In this document: positions 63,461 to 64,000 of the stretch, one piece after another
Position numbering within the stretch: position 1 is the stretch's first letter
Layout of the letters: every line of letters begins with the position of its first letter
Made by a program: the position numbers and the translations under genes
Notes under the pieces: generated by a model
Told to the model about the DNA's origin: nothing
Database searches by the model: none
Seen by the model: the letters and a program-made list of their open reading frames with translations, nothing else
Origin: the human T2T-CHM13v2.0 reference genome, Homo sapiens
Length of the DNA: 64,000 bases
Direction: 5' to 3' (one strand)
Assembly: GCF_009914755.1 (NCBI RefSeq)
Contig: NC_060946.1

Positions 63461-64000
63461 CATCCAAAATATATATTTAATTCTGTACATAAAATATCAA
63501 AGTACACCAGATATATATTCTATAGTGTACATAAAATATCAAAGTACCCAAACTGTTTATTATATACTGTACATAAAATATGAAATTACATCAAATATAT
63601 ATTATATTAGGAACATAAAATACGAAAGTACATCAAATATAGATTATATAGTGTACATAAAATATCAAAGTACCCCAAATATATATTATATACTCTACAT
63701 GAAATATCAAAGTTCACAAACTATATATTATATACTGTATATAAAATATCAAAGTACCCGAGGTATATATTCTATACTGTACAAAAAACATCAAAGTACC
63801 CAAAGCATGTATTATATACTGTACATAAAATATGAAATTACATCAAATATATATTATATTAGGTACATAAAATATGAAAGTACACCAAATATAGATTATA
63901 TACTGTACATTAAATACCAAAGTACCCCAAATATATATTTTATACTGTACATGAAATATCAAAGTTCACAAACTATGTGTTATATACTGTACATAAAATA

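Larger units (their letters stand above)
1..64000 (+). repeat. Human Satellite 1A (HSat1A / SAR / classical Satellite I) tandem array, 42-bp monomer
   Basis: Continuous 42-bp periodicity with alternating 17-bp ACATAAAATATCAAAGT and 25-bp ACCC/ACATC-AAATATA..TTATATACTGT sub-units delimited by GTAC. This matches the established Satellite 1 A/B (17+25 bp, RsaI) organisation. Same orientation from first to last base; no unique sequence seen. Confidence 0.96.
1..64000 (+). repeat. 378-bp 9-mer higher-order repeat (monomers a-i)
   Basis: Nine distinguishable monomers recur in fixed order. In translation: a ESTSNIYFIL, b QSTPDIYSIV, c QSTQTIHYIL, d EITSNIYYIR, e ESTSNIDYIL, f QSTPNIY(F/Y)IL, g MKYQSSQTIYYIL, h QSTQGIYSIL, i KKYQSTQSMYYIL. 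Equivalent ORF starts at 2215, 2593, 2971, 3349 and 4651, 5029, 5407 are 378 bp apart. Confidence 0.95.
6850..64000 (+). repeat. Sub-domain 2: mixed 378/373-bp 9-mers (751-bp 18-mer base unit)
   Basis: Monomer d alternates between AAATATATATTATATTAGG and AAATATATATTAGG (-5 bp), first at about 6875. Deletion-marked ORF starts (MKLHQIYIRY) are mostly spaced 373, 751 or 1129 bp apart, e.g. 10241-10992-11365 and 21596-22725-23476-24227-24600. Confidence 0.9.

Noticed and set aside
86-63480. About 100 ORFs encoding 14-aa YIKY repeats as protein-coding genes
   Set aside because: They are a by-product of a 42-bp unit divisible by 3. ORFs start and stop at random substitutions and at 1-, 5- and 6-bp indels, with no unique domains, splice structure or synonymous bias.
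1-64000. CRISPR-like array (conserved GTACATAAAATAT repeat with variable spacers)
   Set aside because: The apparent spacers are homologous to one another and cycle with period 9; there are no unique spacers, leader or cas genes.
1-64000. TATA boxes, promoters, or hairpin terminators from TATATA, TATAAAA, TGTACA and CTATAG palindromes
   Set aside because: These are expected in every monomer of an AT-rich satellite; there is no contextual support.
1-64000. Alpha satellite, CENP-B boxes, HSat1B, HSat2/3, or Alu/L1 insertions
   Set aside because: No 171-bp period, no CATTC pentamer repeats, no Alu-derived or other GC-richer segment seen.
1-64000. Assignment to a specific chromosome
   Set aside because: HSat1A occurs on several chromosomes (3, 4 and acrocentrics); placement needs alignment of rare k-mers to T2T assemblies, which I cannot run.

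Overview
The whole 64 kb window is one uninterrupted, very AT-rich (roughly 80% by eye), single-orientation tandem satellite array. The basic unit is a 42-bp monomer built from a 17-bp part (ACATAAAATAT[C/G]AAAGT) and a 25-bp part (e.g. ACCCCAAATATATATTATATACTGT), separated by RsaI (GTAC) sites. This matches human classical Satellite 1 (HSat1A, Repbase SAR) from peri/centromeric and acrocentric heterochromatin. Monomers form a 9-mer higher-order repeat (HOR) of 378 bp, labelled a-i here. From about 6.87 kb onward roughly half the 9-mers carry a 5-bp deletion (373 bp), giving a 751-bp 18-mer. Above this are local super-repeats of about 4133/3384, 3004/1502, 3755/4506, 4134 and 3174 bp, plus a long-range duplication offset by about 16-17 kb. 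I see no genes, RNA genes, transposons, CRISPR array or inversion. The ORF track is an artefact of a 42-bp (14-codon) unit with one stop-free frame. I found no evidence for a new genetic system; the interest lies in the layered evolutionary architecture of the array. Block boundaries are approximate (read by eye from shared variants and ORF-start offsets).
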